Notes: generated by a model not told the origin, from the sequence alone. 31,421 bases of DNA from Candidatus Velthaea sp. (GCA_050012475.1 JBEKHC010000061.1:1-31421), one strand, 5' to 3'; shown: positions 7,734-16,189, counted from the first letter of the stretch. Program-made: numbers and translations.

Positions 7734-8693
7734 TCAACGTGCGGTGAGCTGTTCTGCGGCCGGCGTGCCGCAAGCAGCGTCCGCGTTGGGGTCGAAGCGC
7801 GCACCGCTGGCCGCTGTCCGTACCAGCCGATCGAAAGGGCGCCAGAGCCACGAGCGCGCGATTTGCCGGTACCCGCCGGCGTACGTCACGCCCTGCCGGG
7901 GACGAGCGCTCTGACGGGCGTGCCAATAAGCCGGAATCTCATACCAGGGAAGGGTTGGGCGTTCGTGGTGCGTCGCGTGGAAATTGTTATTGAGAAAAAG
8001 CAGCGAAAGGGCGCTTCGGCTCACGACGGTGGCGGTGCGGTCAGCCGGATTTTCGGCGGCGCGATGTTCCACGAACGAACGAAGGAGGCTCAGTGACGCC
8101 GCGGGATACGCGATGACGACAAGGTACATGACGGGGGCCACGCCGGTGACTGCGTCGAGAAACCACAAAACGCACGCGCTTGCCGCGAGGTGCCGGATCC
8201 ACAACAGCGCGTGCGCGGTGTCGCCCGCGCAGATGAGGCGAAGCTCGCGCACGTAGGCCCGTCCCACGACGAGCGCCGGTCCGATGAGCAGGCGCCCGGC
8301 CAGCGTTTGGTTTGCCAGGTACAGTGCGCCCAGGGCGCTCGGCATCGCGGACCACGCTTCGGGCTCGACGTAAAAGCTTTCCGGATCTGCCGGCCCGGTA
8401 AGTTCGCGCACCGCGTGATGCCGGAGGTGCTCGCGCCGGTACAACTCGTAGGGAAACCAGATGCCCAGCGGCGGAGAGGCGATCAGCGTGCGCACCCGGC
8501 GCGGAACCCGCCGCATCGCGTGAATCGTCTCGTGCTGAAACGACGAGTGCCAAGCGGTGAGGTAGATTGCGAGCGGAACGGCGATCCACGGCGCCAATTG
8601 CCGATGCAAGAGCGCTACGACAAACCAGCCGCTGTAAATGAGCAGGGCAACGATCCAAGTCGGGCCTTCATACCGCTGCCAGCGAACCCTCAC
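7734..8693 (-). CDS. Membrane fatty acid desaturase-like (His-box di-iron) enzyme
   Basis: His boxes HSSFQHETIH, HLRHH, EH and HATHH, plus TM segments; the GTG overlaps the upstream stop (GTGA). Confidence 0.88.
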   Translation of the reverse strand: MRVRWQRYEGPTWIVALLIYSGWFVVALLHRQLAPWIAVPLAIYLTAWHSSFQHETIHAMRRVPRRVRTLIASPPLGIWFPYELYRREHLRHHAVRELTGPADPESFYVEPEAWSAMPSALGALYLANQTLAGRLLIGPALVVGRAYVRELRLICAGDTAHALLWIRHLAASACVLWFLDAVTGVAPVMYLVVIAYPAASLSLLRSFVEHRAAENPADRTATVVSRSALSLLFLNNNFHATHHERPTLPWYEIPAYWHARQSARPRQGVTYAGGYRQIARSWLWRPFDRLVRTAASGARFDPNADAACGTPAAEQLTAR

Positions 8694-9448
8694 GCGAGCA
8701 CCGCGTAGCCGAGCGCAGCCGCTTCGTTCTCGTGCTCCAAAAGCGCGCTATACCAGTCGGGTCTCGCGTGAGCGATGCTTGTGAGGTGCAGCGCGCGCCG
8801 CGCGTCGGCAAGCCTCGGATCCTCGCCGGCCGCGGCGAGCGCATCGTAGAGCAGCGTCTTGGCCCGCGAACCCGCCGCGCGCGGGACCACGAAGGGCGGC
8901 GTGGGGCTAGGCGCGGTAACCGCGAGGGTCCGAACGCGCGCTACGGCGTGCGGCCGGTGTTCGGCGAGCAATCGGAACGTGACGCAATCGATCGACGCAG
9001 CATCGGCGTTGCCGTTCGCGACGGCTTCAAGGCTTGCCGCGTGGCTGCCAGTGATGACGACCTGGCGAAAGAAGCGGCCGCGGCGCGCAAGCGGTGCAAC
9101 GAGGCGGCGCGGCAGGTTCATCCCGGTATTCGAGTCGCGTGCGTTTACGGCGAAACACGTGTCCCGCAAATCGTCCAGCCGGGCGTGTTTCGATTCCGAA
9201 GTCACCACGATGATCGCCCGGTGCGTCGTCCCCTCGCAGAACGGCACGTCATACTGCGGGGCCGCCACGACGTCGTGCGCCGTTCCCAGCGAGCGGATGA
9301 GCGGGTAGCCGCAGATCTGCGTCAACGGCACCTCGCCGTTAAAGCCGGCCGCGCGGGCGTTCGCGACCACGGCGCGCCAAAACCGCTCGTGCGCCTTGGC
9401 AAGCTCGGGAAAATCGTACATCGGAAAAGCAGCGTGCGTCGCAATCAT
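8690..9448 (-). CDS. PhnD/SsuA-fold substrate-binding-like protein without a signal peptide
   Basis: PMYD, QICGYP, N..DSNTG, TGSHAASL.AV..G.ADAASID motifs of the phosphonate-binding-like family; ATG at 9448 chosen because the ORF-track extension runs into the terminator/leader region. Confidence 0.82.
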   Translation of the reverse strand: MIATHAAFPMYDFPELAKAHERFWRAVVANARAAGFNGEVPLTQICGYPLIRSLGTAHDVVAAPQYDVPFCEGTTHRAIIVVTSESKHARLDDLRDTCFAVNARDSNTGMNLPRRLVAPLARRGRFFRQVVITGSHAASLEAVANGNADAASIDCVTFRLLAEHRPHAVARVRTLAVTAPSPTPPFVVPRAAGSRAKTLLYDALAAAGEDPRLADARRALHLTSIAHARPDWYSALLEHENEAAALGYAVLA

Positions 9449-9597
9449 CGGTGGCGTTGTCTTTCTTTGCCTTCGGAAAACGTCGCGTGGCAGATGACGC
9501 AGCTTGCACCGACGAGCTAAGGCAGCTCGTCGACGCGCGAATGCATCGCAAAACACAGCCCGGTCATGAGACCGAAATCTCGCGTGCCCGGACTCGG

Positions 9598-9638
9598 ACA
9601 AAAACAAAACGCCCCTCGTCGAGTCGACGAGGGACGTT
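9598..9638 (-). terminator. Attenuator terminator 2
   Basis: Minus strand AACGTCCCTCGTC-gactc-GACGAGGGGCGTT followed by TTGTTTTTGT; 3' arm identical to that of terminator 1. Confidence 0.85.
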
Positions 9639-9667
9639 ACGCAGACCGCTGCGCTACGAGCGCGGGA

Positions 9668-9739
9668 TCACGTGTCGAAGTCGACGGACTTTCGGAGAGG
9701 CCCGGTACAGCGACAGCAACGACATGACGGCGCGAACAT
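9668..9739 (-). CDS. Putative leaderless Cys-rich leader peptide 2 (MFAPSCRCCRCTGPLRKSVDFDT)
   Basis: 23-codon ORF starting 7 nt after the -10 box; TGT CGT TGC TGT CGC TGT; followed by terminator 2. Confidence 0.82.
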   Translation of the reverse strand: MFAPSCRCCRCTGPLRKSVDFDT

Positions 9740-9746
9740 CCGTCAA

Positions 9747-9776
9747 ACTTTAGCACAGGCCGAGCCGGTCAGTCAA
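9747..9776 (-). promoter_or_regulatory. sigma70-type promoter of Cys leader 2
   Basis: Minus strand TTGACT (9776-9771), 18 bp spacer, extended -10 TGc-TAAAGT (9752-9747); geometry identical to promoter 1. Confidence 0.78.
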
Positions 9777-9894
9777 CGACACGAAGTGCGGAAGGCCTCG
9801 GCACGGGCTTGGCAAACCCTCCCCGCACGCTCTACCGCCCGGGGCCGGTCTCGGCCCGGGAACGTTGCCTGCAGCCGCAATGCCGGAGGGTCCA

Positions 9895-10440
9895 ATGCCC
9901 CGAATTCCGCCGCTCGAACTCAGCGCCGCGCCGCCGGAGATACGCAAGCGCTACGCCGGCCAAATTCGCAAATATGGCCGCGTCACCAATATGAAGCGAA
10001 CGCTCGCGCACGAAGTGCCGGCGTACGACGCGCTGTTGACGTGGTACCCGCTGCGCGATCGGGTCGCGTCCTTTCTCGGCAATCGCGACGCCGATATCTT
10101 CGCCCATGCGATCTCGACCGAAAACGAGTGCGTCATCTGCTCGACGTTCTTCCGGCGGAGTTTTATCGAGGCCGGTGAGGATCCCGACCGTTGGACGCTC
10201 AACGATCGGCAAACGCTGCTCGTCGAGTATGGACGGCAGCTCGCGCGCGATCCCAAAGGCGTGAGCGATGCGCTCTATGAATCGCTGGCACGCGAATTCA
10301 CTCAGCCCCAGATCGTCGTGCTGACCGCTTTCGGCGGCTTGATGATTGCGACCAACGTCGTCAACGACGCGCTGCGCATCGATCTGGACGAAGAACTCGA
10401 CGCGTTTCGCGCGCCGTCCGTCGAGGCGGAACGCGCCTGA
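9895..10440 (+). CDS. AhpD/carboxymuconolactone decarboxylase-like protein with CxxC
   Basis: RBS GGAGG before the ATG at 9895; MPRIPPL start, ENECVIC motif, C-terminal DALYESLAREFTQPQIV.L.....M...N..NDAL.ID pattern. Confidence 0.78.
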   Translation: MPRIPPLELSAAPPEIRKRYAGQIRKYGRVTNMKRTLAHEVPAYDALLTWYPLRDRVASFLGNRDADIFAHAISTENECVICSTFFRRSFIEAGEDPDRWTLNDRQTLLVEYGRQLARDPKGVSDALYESLAREFTQPQIVVLTAFGGLMIATNVVNDALRIDLDEELDAFRAPSVEAERA

Positions 10441-10458
10441 GGACGCCGCGCGGCGTAG

Positions 10459-10755
10459 TTACCAGTGAAAAATGCACCAGTTGACGATGGCCACCGAGAG
10501 CATCACGCAGATGAGCATCACCAGCGTGGTTGCCAGGGCGGATCCTTCGTCGGGTCGCGCGCAACCGCGCGCGAAGGAGCCGCCGTGCCGGCGCAGCGCG
10601 TTGAGCGAGAAAGCCCGCTCATCGATGTCGAGTTCGTTCATCATCGTAACGATCTCGGACTTCGCGCTTTGGTGCGCCCTGCAGCATTCGCTGGTGAGGT
10701 GATCGAGAACGATCAGACGGGCGCGATCAACCGGGTCGAGTCTTGCCTGTTCCAT
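10459..10755 (-). CDS. Small hypothetical protein with a C-terminal TM helix
   Basis: RBS GAGGA before the ATG; 98 aa; hydrophobic C-terminus LATTLVMLICVMLSVAIVNWCIF. Confidence 0.6.
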   Translation of the reverse strand: MEQARLDPVDRARLIVLDHLTSECCRAHQSAKSEIVTMMNELDIDERAFSLNALRRHGGSFARGCARPDEGSALATTLVMLICVMLSVAIVNWCIFHW

Positions 10756-11122
10756 GATTCCTCAGGAAAATAGTCATTTGAGCCCCGCTTAGAACCCTTG
10801 CCTCCGAAAGCGAGCCGGCGACCCCATGCCGGTTTCTCAATTGGCCAAAATGTCGCAGCAATTCGCTGCGCCATGTGCCGAGCATGACCGAGCGGGTTGA
10901 ATCCCGTGCGAAGAATCTGAGAAGGCGAAGCGGCTAATATTCTTGTCCGGCTCGACCCTTGCGGCAGCGCCGGTCGAGAAACGTCTGGTGCCGGTTAACG
11001 TTTGCGGCAACGGCGCGGCGAGCGTTGTATCGGTGATGCCGTTTGCCGAAAATGAAAGGTGAGTCCACTGCCGTTTGCTTGCGGCGCGTCAACTGCACCT
11101 ACGTGCGAGAAGGACCTCATCC

Positions 11123-11611
11123 GTGTCGATTACGGCCGAAGTAGCCACGCCCCGAGCGGCGACCAATGAATTCTTGAGTTTCCGTCTGGGCGACGCAGAG
11201 TACGGAATCGACATCCTCAAAGTCCAGGAGATCCGCGGGTGCGATCCGGTCAGCCGGATTGCGAACACGCCCGATTTCATCAAGGGTGTCATCGACTTGC
11301 GCGGCATCATCGTTCCGATCATCGATATGCGGCTCAAATTCCGGCTCGAGCGCGCGGACTACAACGATTTCACCGTGGTTATCATCCTCAATGTCGCGCA
11401 ACGCGTCGTCGGCATGGTCGTCGACGGCGTTTCCGACGTTATCACCCTGATGCCCGACCAGGTCAAACCGGTTCCCCCATTTGGGTCGGCGCTCGACACG
11501 AAATACATCACCGGCATCGGTACGGTCGATGGACGCATGCTCATTCTCGTCGACATCGAGCGGCTCATGACCAGCCGCGATATGGAACTCGTCGACGAAG
11601 CCGCTCTCTGA
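11123..11611 (+). CDS. cheW: Chemotaxis coupling protein CheW
   Basis: [67 protein letters not shown] before the GTG at 11123. Confidence 0.95.
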   Translation: MSITAEVATPRAATNEFLSFRLGDAEYGIDILKVQEIRGCDPVSRIANTPDFIKGVIDLRGIIVPIIDMRLKFRLERADYNDFTVVIILNVAQRVVGMVVDGVSDVITLMPDQVKPVPPFGSALDTKYITGIGTVDGRMLILVDIERLMTSRDMELVDEAAL

Positions 11612-11646
11612 CAAACGCCCCCAAAAGCAAAAGGAACTCATCGCAC

Positions 11647-13527
11647 ATGTCCATCCGGATCGACTGGAACAACACTCTCGAACACCAAGCCAACGAGATC
11701 AAACAGCTCCGCGGGGAGCTGGCGGAAGCCACCGCGCATCGCGCGGCGCTTGCCGCCGCCATCGCCAAGATGTCCGGGGCGCATGCCGCCGGCGCGATCG
11801 ACGAAATGATTCCGCTCGACGCTTTCACTGGCGTTCACCGGGAGATGGCGCACGAGATCAACGAACTCGTCGCCTCGCACATTGCCGTCAAGATGAAAAT
11901 CGTCGACGTCGTGACGCGTTATGCCGAAGGCGATTTCTCGGTCGACATGGATCGGCTGCCGGGGAAAAAAGCCCAGATCACCGCAGCCATCGACCGCGCG
12001 AAGGCTTCATTCAAGGCGGTGACCGACGACAAAGCAGCTGCGGCGCACTTCCTGTCCGCACTCGAGGTCATGTCCAAACAGCACGGTCTGGGCTGGATCG
12101 ACGATCGCATCCCGGCCGACCAGATGCGCGGCGCGTATGCGACGGCCGCGGAATTGGTGAACGATCTCGTGGCCAGCCACATCGCGGTCAAGATGAAGAT
12201 CGTCGAAGTGGTGAGCAAATATGCCCGCGGTGATTTCTCGCTCGACATGGATCGGCTGCCCGGCAAAAAGGCGCTCATTACCGAGGCCATCGACCACGTC
12301 AAGGCCAGCTTCGTGGCCATCTCCGCCGAGGTCGTTTCACTGGTCGCCTCGGCCGGACGCGGCGACTTCTCAGCTCGCGGCGATGCCTCGAAGTTCGAGC
12401 ACGATTTCAAAGCGATGATCGAAGGGCTCAATACGCTCATGGCCACCAGCGACGTGGGCCTCGGCGAAGTCGTGCGGGTTTTGAGCGCGCTGGCCAAAGG
12501 CGATCTGACCGAGTCGATCCACGGCGAGTATTTCGGAACGTTCGGCCAACTCAAAGAAGACTCGAACCTCACGGTCGAGAGTCTGACCCACACCATCACC
12601 CAAATCATCGAGGCGGTGAACGCGGTGACGACGTCGGCACGCGAGATCGCGGTCGGCAACAGCGACCTCTCGCAACGGACCGAAGAACAAGCCTCGAGTT
12701 TGGAAGAGACCGCTTCGAGCATGGAAGAATTGACTTCGACGGTCAAACAAAACGCCGAGAACGCCAAACAAGCCAATCAATTGGCGATCGGAGCAAGCGC
12801 GATCGCGGTCAAGGGCGGCGATGTGGTGAGCGACGTCGTGAAAACCATGGCCTCGATCACCGAGTCGTCCAAGAAGATCGAAGACATCATCAGCGTCATC
12901 GACGGCATCGCGTTTCAAACCAATATTTTGGCACTCAATGCCGCGGTCGAAGCGGCGCGCGCCGGCGAACAAGGTCGCGGGTTTGCGGTCGTGGCCGGCG
13001 AGGTGCGCAGCTTGGCGCAGCGCTCCGCGGGCGCGGCCAAAGAGATCAAGGCGCTCATCGTCGATTCCGTCGAACGCGCGAGCGCCGGCAGCAAGCTCGC
13101 GGACCATGCCGGAGAGACCATGGACGAGATCGTTTCCGCAGTCAAACGCGTTACGGATATCATGGCTGAGATCTCGGCGGCTTCGATCGAACAAGGGGCG
13201 GGAATCGGTCAGGTCAATACGGCGATCTCGCAGATGGACAAAGTGACGCAGCAGAACGCGGCGCTCGTGGAGGAAGTCGCGGCCGCGGCCGGCTCGCTGC
13301 AGGATCTCGCGGAAACGCTGGTGTCGTCGACCCGGGCGTTCACGCTCAAGAACAGCCCGCGTACGTCGGCTGCCGGGTCCGCCAAAACTGCTGCCCGCGG
13401 CGCCTCCCCCTCACGCCCGGCCGGACCTCGCGAGCGCAAGCCGAATCCGGCGCCGCGGGCGGCGGTCGCGACCAAGTCCAAGTCCAGCGCGGCAGCGGCC
13501 GCCGACGAGGACTGGCAAACGTTCTAA
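11647..13527 (+). CDS. Soluble poly-HAMP methyl-accepting chemotaxis protein (Aer2-like, no PAS)
   Basis: Signalling hairpin [38 protein letters not shown] repeats ...[28 protein letters not shown]; no TM; C-terminal pentapeptide DWQTF. Confidence 0.92.
   Translation: MSIRIDWNNTLEHQANEIKQLRGELAEATAHRAALAAAIAKMSGAHAAGAIDEMIPLDAFTGVHREMAHEINELVASHIAVKMKIVDVVTRYAEGDFSVDMDRLPGKKAQITAAIDRAKASFKAVTDDKAAAAHFLSALEVMSKQHGLGWIDDRIPADQMRGAYATAAELVNDLVASHIAVKMKIVEVVSKYARGDFSLDMDRLPGKKALITEAIDHVKASFVAISAEVVSLVASAGRGDFSARGDASKFEHDFKAMIEGLNTLMATSDVGLGEVVRVLSALAKGDLTESIHGEYFGTFGQLKEDSNLTVESLTHTITQIIEAVNAVTTSAREIAVGNSDLSQRTEEQASSLEETASSMEELTSTVKQNAENAKQANQLAIGASAIAVKGGDVVSDVVKTMASITESSKKIEDIISVIDGIAFQTNILALNAAVEAARAGEQGRGFAVVAGEVRSLAQRSAGAAKEIKALIVDSVERASAGSKLADHAGETMDEIVSAVKRVTDIMAEISAASIEQGAGIGQVNTAISQMDKVTQQNAALVEEVAAAAGSLQDLAETLVSSTRAFTLKNSPRTSAAGSAKTAARGASPSRPAGPRERKPNPAPRAAVATKSKSSAAAAADEDWQTF
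11760..12310 (+). repeat. Intragenic tandem duplication (~300 nt period) of a di-HAMP unit
   Basis: GACATGGATCGGCTGCC occurs at 11944 and 12244; flanking protein sequence is repeated with a 100-aa period. Confidence 0.85.
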
Positions 13528-13610
13528 TTAGCGCTCTCGTTGTTGGCGCTCTCGTTGCGGGCTCGACCGTTCCACGGCCGGGCCCGTAACGCATTCCGGC
13601 GGCGGGCAGC

Positions 13611-13775
13611 GTGCACTCGCGCCGCCGCGACCGAAGAAGCACGCCGCCGTTTCGCACCTCGGGCGCGGATTTCACTCGTTGCACGATCCGCGGGGGTCAC
13701 TACCTGCAACTCGACCGCGAAGCCGCGGTCACTGCCGAACTCGAGCGCTTCGTCGCGGCGCTCGAAGCGCGTTAG
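13611..13775 (+). pseudogene. Possible C-terminal remnant of an alpha/beta hydrolase
   Basis: Frame reads ...ADFTRCTIRGGHYLQLDREAAVTAELERFVAALEAR*, resembling the catalytic-His C-terminus of alpha/beta hydrolases; in-frame TAA upstream at 13587. Confidence 0.45.
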
Positions 13776-13776
13776 A

Positions 13777-14646
13777 TTAGAAGCCGTGCACGACGCGGGT
13801 CGGTGAGCGCTCGAAGACTGCGTCGGGGATGAAGAAATCGGCGTTGAGGGGTTCGTCGCCGGCGCCCGCGGCGTACGGTGAAAAGTCGGTCACGCCTTCG
13901 TCGCGCAAGACCTCTTCGTCGATGAAGAAATTTCCCGTGCAGGTTCGTGCCGGCCGGCGCATGACGGCATAAGCGGCGTCGGCCATGATCTCCGGCGCAC
14001 GGCTGCGCTGCGCCATCGGCGATCCGCCCAAGGCGAAGCGGATCGCGGCGGTGTCGATCGTCGTGAGCGGCCACAACGAGTTGACCGCAACGCCTTGCGC
14101 GCGGAACTCGGCCGCCATGCCCAGCGTGCACAAGCTCATGCCGTATTTTGCGATCGTATAGGCGGTATGACCGGCGAACCACCGGGGATCGAGATCGAGC
14201 GGCGGCGCGATATTGAGGATGTGCGGATTGTCTGCCCGCAACAAGTACGGCAGCGTCAGCTTCGAACAGAGAAAGGTCCCGCGTGCGTTCACCCCGTTCA
14301 TCAAGTCGTAGCGCTTCATGTCCGTCTGCAGCGTGCCCGTGAGCGCGATCGCGCTGGCGTTGTTGATGCAGATGTCGATGCCGCCGAAGGCCGCGACCGT
14401 TCGGTCGACCGCGCTGCGCACGTCTTCCTCGCTGCGGATATCGCAGACCAGCGGCAGCGCATTGCCGCCGGCCGCAGTGATCTCCGCTGCGGCGGTGTGG
14501 ATGGTGCCGGGCAATTTCGGGTGCGGTTCCGCCGTCTTGGCGGCAATGGCGACGTTTGCGCCGTCTCGCGCGGCCCGCACGGCGATGGCTAGGCCGATGC
14601 CACGGCTCGCCCCCGAGATGAACAACGTCTTGCCGTGCAGCGTCAT
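13777..14646 (-). CDS. SDR family oxidoreductase (HSDL2-like)
   Basis: SGASRGIG, AKTAEPHPKLPGTI, NNASAI, YTIAK catalytic YxxxK; RBS AGGAG before the ATG at 14646. Confidence 0.92.
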   Translation of the reverse strand: MTLHGKTLFISGASRGIGLAIAVRAARDGANVAIAAKTAEPHPKLPGTIHTAAAEITAAGGNALPLVCDIRSEEDVRSAVDRTVAAFGGIDICINNASAIALTGTLQTDMKRYDLMNGVNARGTFLCSKLTLPYLLRADNPHILNIAPPLDLDPRWFAGHTAYTIAKYGMSLCTLGMAAEFRAQGVAVNSLWPLTTIDTAAIRFALGGSPMAQRSRAPEIMADAAYAVMRRPARTCTGNFFIDEEVLRDEGVTDFSPYAAGAGDEPLNADFFIPDAVFERSPTRVVHGF

Positions 14647-14901
14647 CGTTTGCTCCTGCTTCCACCGAACGATCTGGGGCGGCAGCGAATTCGTTTTCAT
14701 TGACGGACGGCGAGCGCAAGCCGCTCGCTGCCACGCCGGCCGAGCAGCACCTTTTCGCAGCCGCCGGTGAGCCCCCTCGGCGACCCTTCACCAGCGACCG
14801 CCGGGATTGCACGGCAAAATTGACAAGCGGACGGTCCGGCTCTAGATTGAGGAGACCATGCAGCGAAACCCGAGGCTTCACGCACGGAGCGGCAGCGCCT
14901 A

Positions 14902-15780
14902 GTGCCGCACGAGATTTCGCTGTACGAAGTTCTCGGCGTCGACCCTGCGTCCGACCCGCAAGAAATCAAGGCCGCCTACTACGCGGTCATCAAGACCTGC
15001 CACCCCGACGTCGACCAAAGCGGGGCGGCGCCCGAACTCGCGCTCGCCGTGATCGGTGCGTATAGCGTCTTGAGCGACCCCGAACGGCGCAAAGCGTACA
15101 ATGCGCGCTTGGGGTTCAGTCTGGTGCCCCATTCATCGCCGTCGCCGTCGACCTCGGCCGGGCCCGCGGCGCCCGTGCCCGCGGAACCGCCGGTTTTCGT
15201 CCGCGAACCTGAGATTACCGCCGATCCGCCGCTCCAAGCGATGCCGGCGGGTCCGATTGCGGCGCGGTATCGGCTCTGGCGCAGCAATGTGGTGCGCGGC
15301 GTCGTCGCCGGAGCCGGATTTGTTTTGGGCTTTGCTCTCCTGCTGTTAATCGTCTACAACTTCCGATCGCGTACGAACCCCGCCACGGCTGAGGCGGCCG
15401 CGCCGGTTGCGTTCGTGGCGGCGACCGCTCGCCCCGAGCCGGCCGTGGTTCCGCCGTGTCTTGACGTGGGCAGCGGGCTCCAAGGCGACAAGCTGTACCG
15501 CGAGTGCGTCAAGACGCGCGTCAAGCTGCATTTGCGGATGATGCGCTTGACGTCGGGCGCGGAAATGGAGCGCGACGAGCTGCAAGACGCCATGGCTGAG
15601 ATTCGCCAAGCCGTCGGCGCCGCTCAAGTCAAGATGAGCAGCACCAGGGGATTCATCGAGGAGTCCGTCGCCACGTTTGCCGAGATCAAAAATACCGCGA
15701 AGGACAAGCAAGTTCGGCGCATCGCCGAAAACTATTATTACTACTACGATTGCGAAGCGCTCAAGCACTGCGCGCAGTGA
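14902..15780 (+). CDS. J-domain (DnaJ-like) single-pass membrane protein
   Basis: YEVLGV...EIKAAY....CHPD...AYSVLSDPERRKAYN; Pro-rich linker; one TM helix; Cys-containing C-terminal domain. Confidence 0.85.
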   Translation: MPHEISLYEVLGVDPASDPQEIKAAYYAVIKTCHPDVDQSGAAPELALAVIGAYSVLSDPERRKAYNARLGFSLVPHSSPSPSTSAGPAAPVPAEPPVFVREPEITADPPLQAMPAGPIAARYRLWRSNVVRGVVAGAGFVLGFALLLLIVYNFRSRTNPATAEAAAPVAFVAATARPEPAVVPPCLDVGSGLQGDKLYRECVKTRVKLHLRMMRLTSGAEMERDELQDAMAEIRQAVGAAQVKMSSTRGFIEESVATFAEIKNTAKDKQVRRIAENYYYYYDCEALKHCAQ

Positions 15781-15787
15781 GGCAGCG

Positions 15788-16189
15788 TTAGTTCGCGTCC
15801 TTTGCGGCGGCGTTGCGCGGGCTCTCGAGGGCTGCGGTGAGCGTGCGCGCTGAGAGCATTCCGATTGGGTTGCCGTTCGCTTCCAGGACCGGCAGATGGC
15901 GGATGCCCAAGGCGATCATGCGCATCGCGACGACCGCGACGTCGTCGTCAGGGCTGACGGTCATCGGATCTGCCGACATGGTGAGGCCGGCCGTCGTTTT
16001 CCGCGGATCGATGCCGTCAGCGATGGCCTGAACGAGGTCGCGCTCGGTGATGATGCCGAGCAGGCGGTTTCCGCTCATGACCGCAGCCGATCCGCAGTCT
16101 TCGAGGCGCATGCGGCGCGCAACGTCGGCAAGCGTGGCTTCCGGCTCGACTGAGAGCAGCGGGCTGATCGGCAAGTCACTGACGCGCAT
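15788..16189 (-). CDS. CBS domain pair protein
   Basis: LLGIITERDL, IRHLPV..G.PIGMLS; the ATG at 16189 overlaps the ppk2 stop (TGATG). Confidence 0.88.
   Translation of the reverse strand: MRVSDLPISPLLSVEPEATLADVARRMRLEDCGSAAVMSGNRLLGIITERDLVQAIADGIDPRKTTAGLTMSADPMTVSPDDDVAVVAMRMIALGIRHLPVLEANGNPIGMLSARTLTAALESPRNAAAKDAN

Noticed and set aside
9798..9815. sigma54-like GG-N10-GC site upstream of the AhpD-like gene
   Set aside because: Poor match at -12 (TGGC instead of TTGC), and such matches are frequent in GC-rich DNA.
10990..11050. c-di-GMP-I-like motif on the minus strand (GGCAAAC...CGCAAA)
   Set aside because: No GNRA tetraloop/receptor or second stem; it is better explained as a simple inverted repeat, and an Rfam scan would be needed.
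11026..11052. sigma28 promoter upstream of cheW (GCCGAAAA at 11045-11052)
   Set aside because: The -10 box is one mismatch from GCCGATAA, but there is no TAAA at the expected -35 position.
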